DNA of 64,000 bases from Macrostomum lignano (lineage: Eukaryota): the NCBI GenBank assembly GCA_002269645.1, contig NIVC01000462.1, positions 215,516-279,515 on the forward strand, in the 5' to 3' direction. The translations under genes were made by a program, and so were the position numbers. The notes beneath the pieces are model-generated. The model did no database searches. It was given only the letters and a program-made list of their open reading frames with translations, and was not told where the DNA came from. Numbering within the stretch: position 1 is the stretch's first letter; each line of letters begins with the position of its first letter. Shown here piece after piece: positions 38,152 to 50,026 of the stretch.

Positions 38152-39190
38152 GTTTGCTTGCGGGAAGTTTGCTTGCCGAACTTTGCTTGCCGAATTTTGC
38201 TTGCCGAACTTTGCTTGCCGAACTTTGCTTGCCGAATTTTGCTTGCCGAATTTTGCTTGCAGGAAATTTTCTTGCCGAACTTTGCTTGCAGGAATTTTGC
38301 TTGCGGAATTTTGCTTGCCGAATTTTGCTTGCAGGAAATTTTCTTGCTGTACATAAGCTTGCCGAACTTTGCTTGCAGGAAATTTGCTTGCGGAATTTTG
38401 CTTGCTGAAGTTTGCTCGCCGAACTTTGCTTGCAGGAAATTTTCTTGCGACGTTTGCCACCCAAAGTTTTGCGGGACCTTAAAGAAACCTATTTTTGAGC
38501 TCTTGTGTTTCTAATTTTCATTTTCTAAGATTCGTGGAAGCATTCTATATACTACATTCTTAGAATGAAACTCTATAAGCCTAGTTTGAAAGCTTAGTGT
38601 CAAGTCAGTTTACGTCGACCCTGATAAGAATCCACTTGCAAAGCATCTGTAGTAAGTAATAATTGACTGACCAATTTTACAAGCAATCAAAACAAGCAAG
38701 CAAACAAGAAAATAATTCTGCAAGTTAAAACCTTGCGATTGTGTGATTACAAATTTCTAGAAAGCAGACATCAAAATTTCGCAAGCAGACTTCGGCAAGC
38801 AAAATTCCTGCAAGCAAAGCTCGGCAAGCAAACTTCGGCAGGCAAAGTTCCTGCAAGCAAATTTCCTGCAAGCAAAGTTCGGCGAGCAAACTTCAGCAAG
38901 CAAAATTCCGCAAGCAAAGTTCGGCAAGCAAAGTTCGGCAAGCAAAATTCGGCAAGCAAAGTTCGGCAAGCAAAATTCGGCAAGCAAATTTCCTGCAAGC
39001 AAAGTTCGGCAAGCAAAATTCGGCAAGCAAAGTTCGGCAAGCAAAGTTCGGCAAGCAAAGCTCGGCAAGCAAACTTCGGCAGGCAAAATTCCGCAAGCAA
39101 AGTTCGGCAAGCAGACTTCGGCAAGCAAAATTCTGCAAGCAAAATTCGGCAAGCAGACTTCGGCAAGCAAATTTCCGCAAGCAAATTTCA
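38152..39190. repeat. Two oppositely oriented arrays of 15/20-bp units (foldback-like)
   Basis: (TTTGCTTGCCGAAC)n at 38152-38458 and its reverse complement (GTTCGGCAAGCAAA)n at ~38760-39190. Confidence 0.9.
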
Positions 39191-39527
39191 TAGACCCGAC
39201 CAAATCTGAGGGAAAGGCAGATATCTGAGAAATTATCGAGTTTTATATTCTCGATGCGAATCGAGATCTGTGGCTTATCGATTTAGGTCACGATTACTTT
39301 CGATTAACAATGCTTGTTTTTCGAGAACTTAATGACGAAAGTGCAGTTCTTCGTTCTCTCTTCGTTTCTTACACGTTATTTTGTTCCAACAGAAATTCCA
39401 AAGTACTATATACTCGTATATTGATATATATTGACAATAATTTATTGGCCCGGTCAAGTAAATTTCTTTCGCATCAAATAAATGGTATATATTTAATGTT
39501 TACTCTTTACTTCTTAAAATATTTTAA

Positions 39528-39977
39528 ATTCCCCATTTATTTTGTTGTCTAGCGGGCAAAAGCAAGAGGTGTCTCGTTTATTGACCGAGGCGAAGCCGAG
39601 GTCAATGATCGAGACACCGAGTGCTTTTGGCCCTAGACAGCTAAATGAGTGGGGAATATGATATGTATCCCCCGTTCGTTGTCTATGGTTGTTGTCTCGA
39701 ATTTATCAGCCCGCGGGGCAGCGGGAAATAAATGATTTATTCACCTAGGGAAATAAATGAAAACATGCGTCACATAGACACTCGCCCGGGGCAAAAGGGG
39801 GATACATGCTTTTCTTAGTCTATGACCGCGGGCCTAACTGGGTAATAAGTATATAATCTCCCGTTTATTTATTTATCTGTGGCCGTCTGAACGACTGAGA
39901 ACTCGTTTCTCGGCCGAGGCCTGAGAAACGAGTTTGAAGTCGTTATGGCCATATACAAATGAATAAACGGGAGAGAT
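39528..39977. repeat. Two adjacent long imperfect palindromes (Crypton-like non-autonomous element, tentative)
   Basis: 39528-39657 centred on TTGACCGAGGCGAAGCCGAGGTCAA; 39856-39977 centred on CTCGTTTCTCGGCCGAGGCCTGAGAAACGAG; GTATCCCC/GGGGATAC inverted pair between them. Confidence 0.6.
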
Positions 39978-41318
39978 AGTATTTTTCCACAACTTGGCTC
40001 GGTCTTGTGGAAAAAAAGAACTATAGCTCAACAGTCTATGGTTCTGATCGAAACGGAACAGTCCCGAGTTTGATGCGATAGCGATAGTTTGATGCTGTGT
40101 ACGCAATTTGCGTAAGACTACAGCTACGCTGCTCGACGAGGCTGGGCTTCAACGGCCTGACATTTGCCGCGTCACAGGCCATTCGAGCTCTGCTCTTGAG
40201 CGCTATGTTGGAGTGTCAGTGAAGAAGCAAATCAGCTGCAGTGCTCTGATCAGCCGCTCTGCTGTATAGGTGCTGCAGATGCTTCGACCTCAAGGACTCC
40301 GACGGTTGCCACTGCTCGTGATGCTGGAGGCTTGTCAGCAGATTTATCAAAGCAGCAGGTGATGCATAAAAAGGCCCACAAAATTGTCTCCAGTCGTTGA
40401 TGTAATTTTACAGGTATGAAAATTAGTTTTACTCGATATAAGACAGCCCGAGTGCATGTACATAGTACGAGTCCATGGTATCAGCCCAGGCTTTGTCTCG
40501 CAATACCAAATGCTCGTAGCTGGGTGGGGGGGGGCATCATCGTGGCGCCACTGCGACAGCCAGACAGAAACTTTGTCAATTTCTCACTTCCGACCAGAAA
40601 ACTTTCTCAGGGCTATCTAATCCCAACTCTTTCTCTGACTAGTGCTTATTCTTGTAGCTTGGGACAGTTTGAGAAGGAAGTCTTTTGTCTCTTTGTTTCA
40701 GTGCTTTTTTGTGTTTTTCACTCGCTTTCTTTGCATTGCACCCGAGCACAAGGAAAGTTTTCGCTCAGGAAGCCAAAAAAGTTGTTTCTATAGAGAAGTA
40801 GCTCCATATTCTTGCTCCTTGTTGTGTGTCTTCGCTTGCAAATCTTGTCTCTATGTGAATCAAGCCACGCGAGAGAAAAGTTATTCTCAGGAAACTGGGA
40901 AGCTGAAGCTGTTTCTAATAGAGGCTATAGAAGCGGGCATTGTTTGCAATTTTTCCCTTGCTGCCTGTGGCTCAATCGAAGAAGCAGCACTTCCTCCTCT
41001 TGCCACTTCCTCTCGCATAGAGTCAGAGAGACGCTGCGAGGTGTCTTCTGCTGCTAGCAACTTTTCTTGGCTTATTCGTTTCGGTCTGGTAGCGAGTAGC
41101 GATTTCAGTGGCAGACAGGCTCTGTTAAAACCGTTAGATTTATGCTGCAGATTTTTGCCAAGACTTCTCTGTCTTATTAGAATTCGGCATTAACGATGGC
41201 TTTGTGTATTTTACTTCTTAGACTGCGTTCAATTGGTTTGTTTGCTAAAAATGTTTTCAAGTATTTTCAGTGTCACTCCTGACTTCCGGTATGCCGTTGC
41301 TATGCTGTTGTTATGCCG

Positions 41319-42202
41319 CTAGTCGCGCTGGTAGAGAGTCCAGTCGGGTCCGGTCAGGCTGGCTGGCGGGTAGGCGAACGCCAGCAGGTGGCAGGCGAGC
41401 AGCCGCTGGGAGAAAACGGCGGCCTGACAGTCGGCTGTGGCGCTGCACCGGAGCAGGCAGTCCGCATCAGACTGGGCAGCGGCCGGCCAGGACGTCTTGG
41501 AGCCGTCGGTCTTGATGAAGAGGCTGTTGTTCTTTACCACCGTGTAAAGGTTTTCTGAAAGAGGCACAGCATGAATCATCTGGTGGTTGAATGCACTGAT
41601 ACTTTAAACTAAGACACTTTGGCTTTAATAAACACTCTTGGCACGTAAATTGCATTTGGAGAATCTTATTTGACTGTTTCAAAAGTATCAGAGTCAGTCG
41701 AGACTTAACTACACTCCTACTAAACAAGCAAAACCCACGAGTTCAGTTCACAACAGTGAAAATGCGATCCCAGTACGTCATGCTTACTAAAGTTCGAGTA
41801 GTTCAAGGAGTACACAGAGTTTCGGTTGATGCCGCCGCACTTCTGCTGCGGGTTTCCTCTGCATTTTTTCTTGCAGTCGTCGTCTTTGGCGGCGACGCCC
41901 TGCGATCCGAATGAGTTGCCGCAGAAGCACTGGGTTTCGGACTGCACGCCGAAGTGCGAGAACCTCCCCAGTGAGCAGATGCTGCTGCACAGCTCAATTG
42001 TCATTTCGTCACTGTTAACTAGCGGTGCAGCCGGCTGAACATGAAATTTGCCTAACTGTTTCAGGCCACTTAGTCCTGTCATGTCTCTACTTCCGTTCGT
42101 GTTGTCCACGTAGCAGCCCAAGTAGGAATGATTCAGTAGCTTGCAGGCCGCGCTGGTAAGCAGAGCGAAGAGAAAAACTAACTCTGGTGAAACGCCCGCC
42201 AT
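41319..42202 (-). CDS. Secreted WSC + PAN/Apple-like protein, copy 2 (216 aa)
   Basis: Exons 42202-41788 and 41554-41319; same architecture and intron phase as copy 1; open frame. Confidence 0.88.
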
Positions 42203-42260
42203 GGTGCCTGATGGCTGTCGTTTAAAGACCATCACGCGCGTCAATCCTCTGTTTACACAA

Positions 42261-42267
42261 ATTTATA
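42261..42267 (-). promoter_or_regulatory. Candidate TATA box of copy 2
   Basis: TATAAAT on -, about 60 bp upstream of the ATG. Confidence 0.4.
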
Positions 42268-43599
42268 AGCAATGATGCTCGTCAGTCTCATTTTTATTGG
42301 ATAAAATACGAGCCTATCAGGGACCGATCAGCTAGGTTGAAAGCTTACTGAAAATTCATTGCGAGTAATGGTGAGAAGATAATCCTTATTTAAGTGAGGA
42401 GATCAGAAGGTTGACAAAACTTAGAAGTTTTTTTATGACCTGCGGTGCAGGTCACCCGTTCGATATTGAGATAGATGACTTGTTTCAATTCGTCAGGAAG
42501 AGGTTTTAAGGCTGAATCGCGAAGACAAAGTGTGGTGCAATGTACATGTAGATAATATAGAGTCCTTTGTATTAAAAATTTCAAGATTGATTTTTAATTT
42601 AGATGGACTTGCCGGATTTGGTAATTAGGTGAATTTTGCACTGCAACCGCTTTTGAAACCATTAATGGCACTGTTTCAAGTTCTCAGAGGGTGTACACCG
42701 GACCTGGATTTCTAACCTGCCCCACAATCAGAACACAATTTCCTTTTTAAACTACTATAGGTAATATGTCTATGAATTCTAGTGATAAAAAACGAATTGA
42801 GCCTTTGATAGACCATGTTGAGTGAGCATTTCCTGTCTGACTTTTGTAATTCAGGTTTTGTTTGTGTTTTGTTGTTTCAAAACTCAGTTTTGGTTGGCGC
42901 CTAAGGGACAGCTTAGAATTACCTGAACGTAACCATAGACAAATACCCATTAACAGATTTCCACTGCTCGCACACATGCGTTACAGATGGACACGAAACT
43001 TTAGCAAAGCAGACAATTGTTCCTGTACTGTTTCTTTATGCTTGAATTACATGGAGATGCGATGACTAGGACGGTATTAATTGACAGCTCATCTTTTCAT
43101 GAGTAGCCCGTTATAATCAAACATCTGTGCATGGTCGTAACTCTAAAATAAGGCCTACTAGTACTCGTAGAGAGGCCAGCAAGGAGTCTCAGAAAAGTCA
43201 GCTGCCAGTGGCAGGGGCGGCTCGCGGTGCATGCGCGGCTCCTCCTATGGATCGCTGGGGCCGGCCAGCGAGACCGACTGCAGCAACTCCCTGTGTCGCG
43301 GCTCCTGGCGCTGTTCGGGACATACAAACGTATTACACATTTAGGCGAGTCTTGGAGCACTTTCTCACGCAATAAGGCATACTTCAGTCTAACTGCAACC
43401 GATTTTGACAATCTCTGCTGCATATTAAAGTTTAATAAATTCTCAAAACTTCGCTTAAACTTGTATTCCTCTGACACTAACTATACAATCCTCTAAACGA
43501 TATACAAGTGACTGGCTATAGTTTTGATCAAGGATGATAAATCCTACCTGCATGGATTGCTAGTTTGGAGGCGAAAATGTTTCAACACGCAAAGTAAAC

Positions 43600-44700
43600 G
43601 ACCTTCCCTATTGTTGACTCTGTTTGAATAAAATTTCAAAAAGTCGAGACAAAATCAGCCTTGGAGTCTTCCACAGTCAGCCTACTCCTCGTAATACAAG
43701 TGTCCAGGGCCAATATGACCGAGTCGACACGCCATTTTATAGATCTCTAAGCCTTCTTCCCTTTGAGTGTTTTCTCCAGTTGGTGTGTCAATAAACACGG
43801 GGTATTTGACGACTGGCCCGAGTTTATTTCAGAGCCCACGTGCTTTCAGCAGCTTTCGTGCTACAGTATATCTACATCGTCGTAGTAGCGGAAACAGAAG
43901 CTGTGGCACGTTGTCCAGTCGAATGCCTTCATGAACTTTAGGGAGAAAACAAGCAGGATCGACTGGCGCATCAAAGTCTCCTCGACGACTCTACTCGCAG
44001 AGCAACGCAGCACGATGCACAATGCTTCAATGGGCACCCCGTCTGTACCTAGCGCGTTCCCACACGGCGACCGTTGGTCGAGCCTTACAACGTCGGCTGT
44101 GCTAATTTCGGATTAACAGCCGCCACGGGCCACCTCCGACTCGCGCAAGCAAGAACACTGCTGTGGCAACACCGGACGGCATAACAGACTTCGAGGCATC
44201 ACTAGGGGTGCTCCAGGTAGATATGCTAGCACCGTTCTTGTTTGTTCTGGTGCCTGACTGGCTGCCGCCGACTGCTCCTAGTAAAAACGATAGCAGCTTC
44301 TCTGATCCTCGAAGAAGTCAGCACCAGACAGCCGAGGTAAAGCGAACAGCTGAAATTGTTGAAGAGCCAACACCAACTGGAGAGGCGACTCAGCGAGCTT
44401 GGCTACGCCGACGATCTCGTCCTGTTGTCTCAACCGTTGAGGGCGCCCAGCCACATCTGGACGAGCTGGCTGTTGCTGCGTGGAGTTTCCGTCCAATTTT
44501 CAACACGCAAAGACCCTCGTGCTCTGTGTCAAATAAAATCAAAGCTGCGACTTTGTGCCGCAGCGCTTATGGACATGCGACGGAACTTCCGCGAGGTCAG
44601 CAGTTCGCCTACCTCGGCGGTCTAGTGCCGACGTCTGCGATAGTCACCGAGAGCCGATGCATTTGTTCTGTGAGGGCGATACGATAGTCGGCCAAGACCC
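43600..44700 (+). mobile_element. Decayed non-LTR retrotransposon (RTE-like) reverse transcriptase
   Basis: TPDGITDF..LGVLQVDMLAPFLFVLV (RT domain 4-like, ~44170-44255) and LGYADDLVLL (~44400-44430) in different frames; multiple frameshifts. Confidence 0.75.
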
Positions 44701-44989
44701 TAACTGATCGCCAAAGGGCGGCGATAATCAAGGCAGTTGTCGAGACCCAACTTATTGCCAGTAATTGCTTAAAAAGCCGATTTAATTGCCATTTGTTGGT
44801 GAAAAAAATGATGAAAAGGTTACTTCCTATGAAAATGTTATCTCTTTAAAACTTTGAGGCATTTCCACAAAATTTTTTATTGCTTGACAGGCAGAATTAT
44901 GCGATTAGACTGCAAAGTTCAGAAACGCCGCACAACTCTAGAGTTTCAGTTTGATCATGCCAGAATGTTTCGTCAAGTGCTTTGTAACT

Positions 44990-45691
44990 CAGCCACGCTG
45001 GTAGAGAGTCCAGGCTGGCTGGCGGGTAGGCGAACGCCAGTAGGCGGCAGGCGAGCAGCCGCTGGGAGAAAACGGCGGCCTGGCAGTCGGCTCTGGCGCT
45101 GCAGCGGCCGGCCAGGACGAGGTCTTGCTGGTCACCACAGTGAGGTTAGAATGCTTTAACATCTTGTAGAAGTTTTTGTCTGAAACAGATTGTGCTTCAG
45201 ATGTACATGATTTCAGAAAGGTCCTCCTGTCGATAAAATCGAAAGTCAATCGTCGCAAAAACAGAGGCTACTCACTCGGGTAGGTCAGAGCGAACACCGA
45301 GTTTCGGTACGGAGCTTCGCAGATCTGTTTCCTTCCGCAGTTTCCTTTGCACTGTTTGCGGCAGTCGCTTTCCATGGCTTTGCCCTGAGATCCGAAGGAG
45401 TAGCCGCAGAGGCACGCTTTTCCAACCTGCACCCCAAAGTAGGCGAAGCCACCAAGTGAGCACACACTGCTGCAGAGCTCGTGCGACATGTCGGTGTTGC
45501 TCACACACCTGCTGCTAACGATTTCGAATTCTCCAATCTTTGACTCCGCTTAGCTCGTTTAAGTCTCTGACTTTGTCGGTGAAGTCCACGTAGCAGCCAA
45601 CATAGGAGAAGCGGACGACCCTGCATGCCGCGCAAATCAGGAGGGCCCAGAGGAAAACCGTCGATTTGTAAATGGATATCATATTTCTCAT
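44990..45691 (-). pseudogene. WSC + PAN/Apple-like copy 3, frameshifted
   Basis: ATG 45691; frameshift near 45540 in the WSC exon (donor near 45275); exon 2 (~45192-44990) has deletions removing the CLLxC segment. Confidence 0.85.
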
Positions 45692-48600
45692 TATCTACAG
45701 TCAATCAAAGGCTAATTTTTGCTATTTCTCGAGAGCGAAAAAGCCCGGGGCCTTTGCCCTGCTATATACTACCAGTGGAAACTCTAAAGAGAATGCATGA
45801 TTTCTTCGGTCCAATTGCGCGTCTTGGGAAAGAGAAGCCACTTTTGTGTCATCCCATCAGCCTATGATTTCTTAGCAATAGCGTTTCAGTCGTTAAAAAT
45901 AAATTCAACCAGTAAATTTTGAGTTCATGCCTGCAGTGTACGTAATCTTTGCAGAACCAGCAACTTTTGAAAGCACAAAACCTGCAATGGCTGATGCCCA
46001 CTTGCTCATCGCTCATTGTGGATTTCACCTGTTAATTTGAGTTCATCATCTACTCTCCAGAGCAGAGTTCTCCACTTAATAACGAATTCCAAAACAAAAA
46101 TGAAATTTTGCGTGTTTATGCACTTCCATCATGTTTATTTTTATAGTTGAATAATATATTAATGTCCTTTTCACCTGACCAGGAATCCGGAAGCCTGGTA
46201 TCAATTCAACAGCTTTAAAATCCGAATCATCTAGCTCAAATGACTCATAGATTCTACGTTATTCAACTTTAAGTAGTAGCATAGCATTTTAGTCGAAATT
46301 TCACTATGCCAACATAATGAAGTGAAAACCATTTTAAGCTATTAATTATCTGCTCGTTCAAAACGCTTGTATCTATCAACAAATATTGGGTCGATGTGAT
46401 CGAAAACCACGTGCCCAAAAAGATCACGAGGTCAGCGTTGGATTCTTTGAAAAAATGACGGGTAGTCGCTGCATATCTAGTTGTAAACGTTTTTTGATGA
46501 ATGGTTTCAGTTATAATTGGTTTTCCTTTGTAGGACCCTTCTCGCACTGAGCATCTGGAAACCATAGAGTTTGCGTTCATTCATACTACTCTTAGTAGTA
46601 TCTGGCTCGCTGGTATCTTCCCATATCACAGCCACGAAGGATTTCCTGCTGAAAATTCCCCTGGCTGATGTAGCCGATTCCCGATGAACGCCCAAGCAGA
46701 GTTCACCAGTCTTCCATCTCAGGCCTATCCCATCTCAATAGGCCACTCCGCAGCCGCCTTGAACAATCCCAATAAGCCCTCTTAATTAGAGGGCTTAGAT
46801 GACGGTGCGCCTGCACATTATGGGTGGTGGCAGCCTCCGTGGTCTACTACAGTGCCCCGAAGACCATCAAATGCACTTTAGCAGTTTAGATTGGTCCGCT
46901 TTTTAGAGCCTCTTTCTTAGGCTTAAGCGGTACCTTAATTTTTTTAATTAAGACTGCTCAAAGTGCTGTCTTTCTAAAATTATTCCGTTGATTCACACAT
47001 TTTACAATGCTCTTGAGCCACCAAAGCACGACTCCTTAGTGCTGCTCATCACTCCAAACCATGTTTGCAATGCTCTCCACTGAGTTTCTCAGCTGCCTTC
47101 GAGACACTGTAGTGTCTTTAACGAGCTTTGCTTTAGCGTGAGAGGGCAGAGGGTCTGGTTCAATAAAAGGAGTGCCCGTCACTCTTCAGAGTGTAAAAAA
47201 ATTATGGTGATCTTTAGGTACAGATCTGCTGATATCAGTAGATATGTCTTTTAGTGCTTTACTTTCGCCCTACGGGTTTAGCAGAGTTAGGCAAAAGGCT
47301 TCTGCTGCAGCATATCGACTGCATGGCATCGATTGGAGTGGCAGCTTTTGAGTTTTGAAACCTTTTGAATATTCAATTTTGATTGATTCATAATTCTCAT
47401 CGCAAGCACGGTGGTCTGAATCTCTGATCCTTGGCCTAAGCAGCATACCTGTGGAGGGCACAGTACCAAGTGCACGGGTTCTTTCTTTCCTGTGCTTGAA
47501 CGCGAGTGCTCAAAAAGTCTCGAAACCTGATGCGCCAGGACGCAACCAGACAGACTTGACCCTCGACTGGACGCTCTGGTGCAGCTGTCCTCAGCAGGGC
47601 AGCGATAGATCCTACCAACACTACGTCGTCGTACGCGAGTACCGGTGTTTTCAGGGGGGAGAGAGTCTGATAGCCGATAAAAATGGAGGCTGAGCAGCTG
47701 CATTGCTTGGTGGGAAATATAAGACTACTCAAGGTCGGAAGAAAGATGCGTTGAATGAGACTCAAAGAAATGTATGCTTTCATTGTTCACAACATTCCAA
47801 CAGGATTTCCAAACTATAGCCATATTGCGATAGACATTTAAAGTAAAACTTTCCCCACCAGTCCAACGTACCAAATAACGATCTCTGTTGTGTTTTATGG
47901 GTTAATTCAGCGTTGAGCCGAAGGCTGTTATCAAAAGAACATAACTCAAGTTGCATGTATATTTTGTTTAAAGATATAAGTCAAAGCAAGTCTTTATAGA
48001 GTCAGTCAGTAGCTGTTTGAAACACAGACAAATAAGTCGTTAAGTCGTATCAATTCAACGTGTCTCAAATTGTTCATGTTGGGTAAATGGTGATTTTTTT
48101 CGTCATTCATTATGCATGGAGTAAGCAGCTAGGATCACACAGCTGTTTGCTCATGAAACGAACTTTCTAATTGCGGACGTCAATATCGGGTTTAATTCGT
48201 CCTGCAATTAGTTAATGTTGTTACTAAAGCAATTGCTTATGAATCACGACTATTCTTATAACTGCGCTTTTGATTGCTAGATAATTCTGTCTCTTTCTTA
48301 CGAGTCGTAAAATCAGCAAAGTCCTTGCGTGTGCCTGCGCTGCACTCGTTTCAAAAATGAAAACCTTTTTATTCCTAACATGAATTCCGTGTCTTAAGTT
48401 CTGCTAAGCAAATAGTTATTAAAAGAAAAATTCCTTGGGTAGACGCACCTGTGTGGTATACATATCCAGAGAAATTTGAAGGCATCCATACCTAATAGTA
48501 CATTTTTACCCCATCTAGCTGGTGTGTCGCTGAAGCGACACTGCTCAGTTTCATCAAACACATCCGACGGTGTCCTCGCCAGGCATTTTAATCCTACATT

Positions 48601-49236
48601 ACAGTTAACTGTCAGGCAGACACTGCACTGATGGCTCATTAAGTTTTGAGTGAGAGGCAGAGCCAGCATCGATAGCTTTTTACTGCATCCCAATCGTCCC
48701 AGTCAGTTCTAGTCAAGGCTTGGCCTGAGACTACTCAACTTTCGTTTGTGCTTCCCGCCGCCGCAGCAGCGGTTTGTTAACATTAATTTGAATTTTCTAG
48801 AAAAGCTGACAGCAGTGACAGGGAATGTAAAAGGCCACACAGCTTCCAATATTGCCTCATTCAAGCTTGCGAATCGTGAATCTTCCCGAGCAGCAATAAA
48901 ATGCCTGAAATGTCGGCACAGCTGCTCTGAGTTTATCAAAACGAGATTTCTTTATCGGACTGCAGAAGCAATGGTACATGTAGCTTTGATTCTCTTCCAG
49001 ATCATCGTATATTAGAGTGATGACTTGAAAAGGAAAAACAACTCCAGGCATCAAAATGATATACAAGCAATATCAATAAGGCCCACTGCCATCAAAATTG
49101 TCATCGCATCAATCAGTTTCGGCTTGAAATTTGAACAGCGAAATCATAAAAAATCTTAGAACTGTTCTTGACGTGATTCAATGCCCACAGTCGACCCACT
49201 TCCAGAGCTCATAGAAATTCAGGCTGATCATCTCGT

Positions 49237-49968
49237 TCAGCCACGCTGGTAGAGAGTCCAGTCGGGTCCGGTCAGGCTGGCTGGCGGGTAGGCGAACGCC
49301 AGCAGGTGGCAGGCGAGCAGCCGCTGGGAGAAAACGGCGGCCTGGCAGTCGGCTGTGGCGCTGCAATGGAGCAGGCAGTCCGCGTCGGACTGGGCAGCGG
49401 CCGGCCAGGACGAGGTCTTGCTGGTCTCCACGGCGAGGGTAGAATCCTTCATCATCGTGTAGAAGTTTTGGTCTGAAACAGATTGTGGTTGAGGTGTGTT
49501 TTAGAAAGGCCCCTGTAGATAGATTTGAAGGTCAACCAATCGTCTTAAGAACAAAAGTTACTCACTCGGGTAGGTCAGAGCGAACACCGAGTTTCGCCAT
49601 GGAGCTCCGCAGATCTGCGATGAGTTTCCTCTGCACTTAGTGCTGCAGTCGCTTTCGTTGGCTTTGCCCTGAGATCCAAAGGAGTTGCCACAGAGGCACG
49701 CTTTTCCACTCTGCACCCCAAAGTAGGCGAAGCCACCAAGTGAGCACACACTGCTACAGAGCTCGTGCGACATGTCGGTGTTGCTCACACACCTGCTGCT
49801 AATGATTTCGTATTCGCCAATCCTTGTGACACCGCCTAGCTCGTTCAAGTCTCGAACTACGCCAGTGAAGTCCACGTAGCAGCCAACGTAGGAGAAGCGG
49901 ACGACCCTGCATGCAGCGCAGGTCAGGAGAGCGCAGAAAAAAACTGGCAGTTTCGGCACCCGAAGCAT
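49237..49968 (-). CDS. Secreted WSC + PAN/Apple-like protein, copy 4 (212 aa)
   Basis: Exons 49968-49566 and 49472-49237; open, phase 1. Confidence 0.88.
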
Positions 49969-50019
49969 CTTTCAACTACTTAACTGCAAGCTACTCGGCT
50001 GGAGCGCGCGAGTTTGAGC

Positions 50020-50026
50020 TTTTATA
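50020..50026 (-). promoter_or_regulatory. Candidate TATA box of copy 4
   Basis: TATAAAA on -, about 50 bp upstream of the ATG; CCAAT motifs at ~50048 and ~50074. Confidence 0.45.

Noticed and set aside
37950-39209. Cys-rich CLPNFAC and basic KQSSASK ORFs
   Set aside because: All frames of the 15/20-bp arrays.
36735-41558. Duplicated + strand ORFs (MSLLTSG..., MPLVALV...)
   Set aside because: Antisense to the PAN exons of copies 1 and 2; identity reflects the duplication.
43097-43496. GC-rich ORFs as a further WSC relic
   Set aside because: No conserved Cys spacing or nucleotide similarity on manual comparison.
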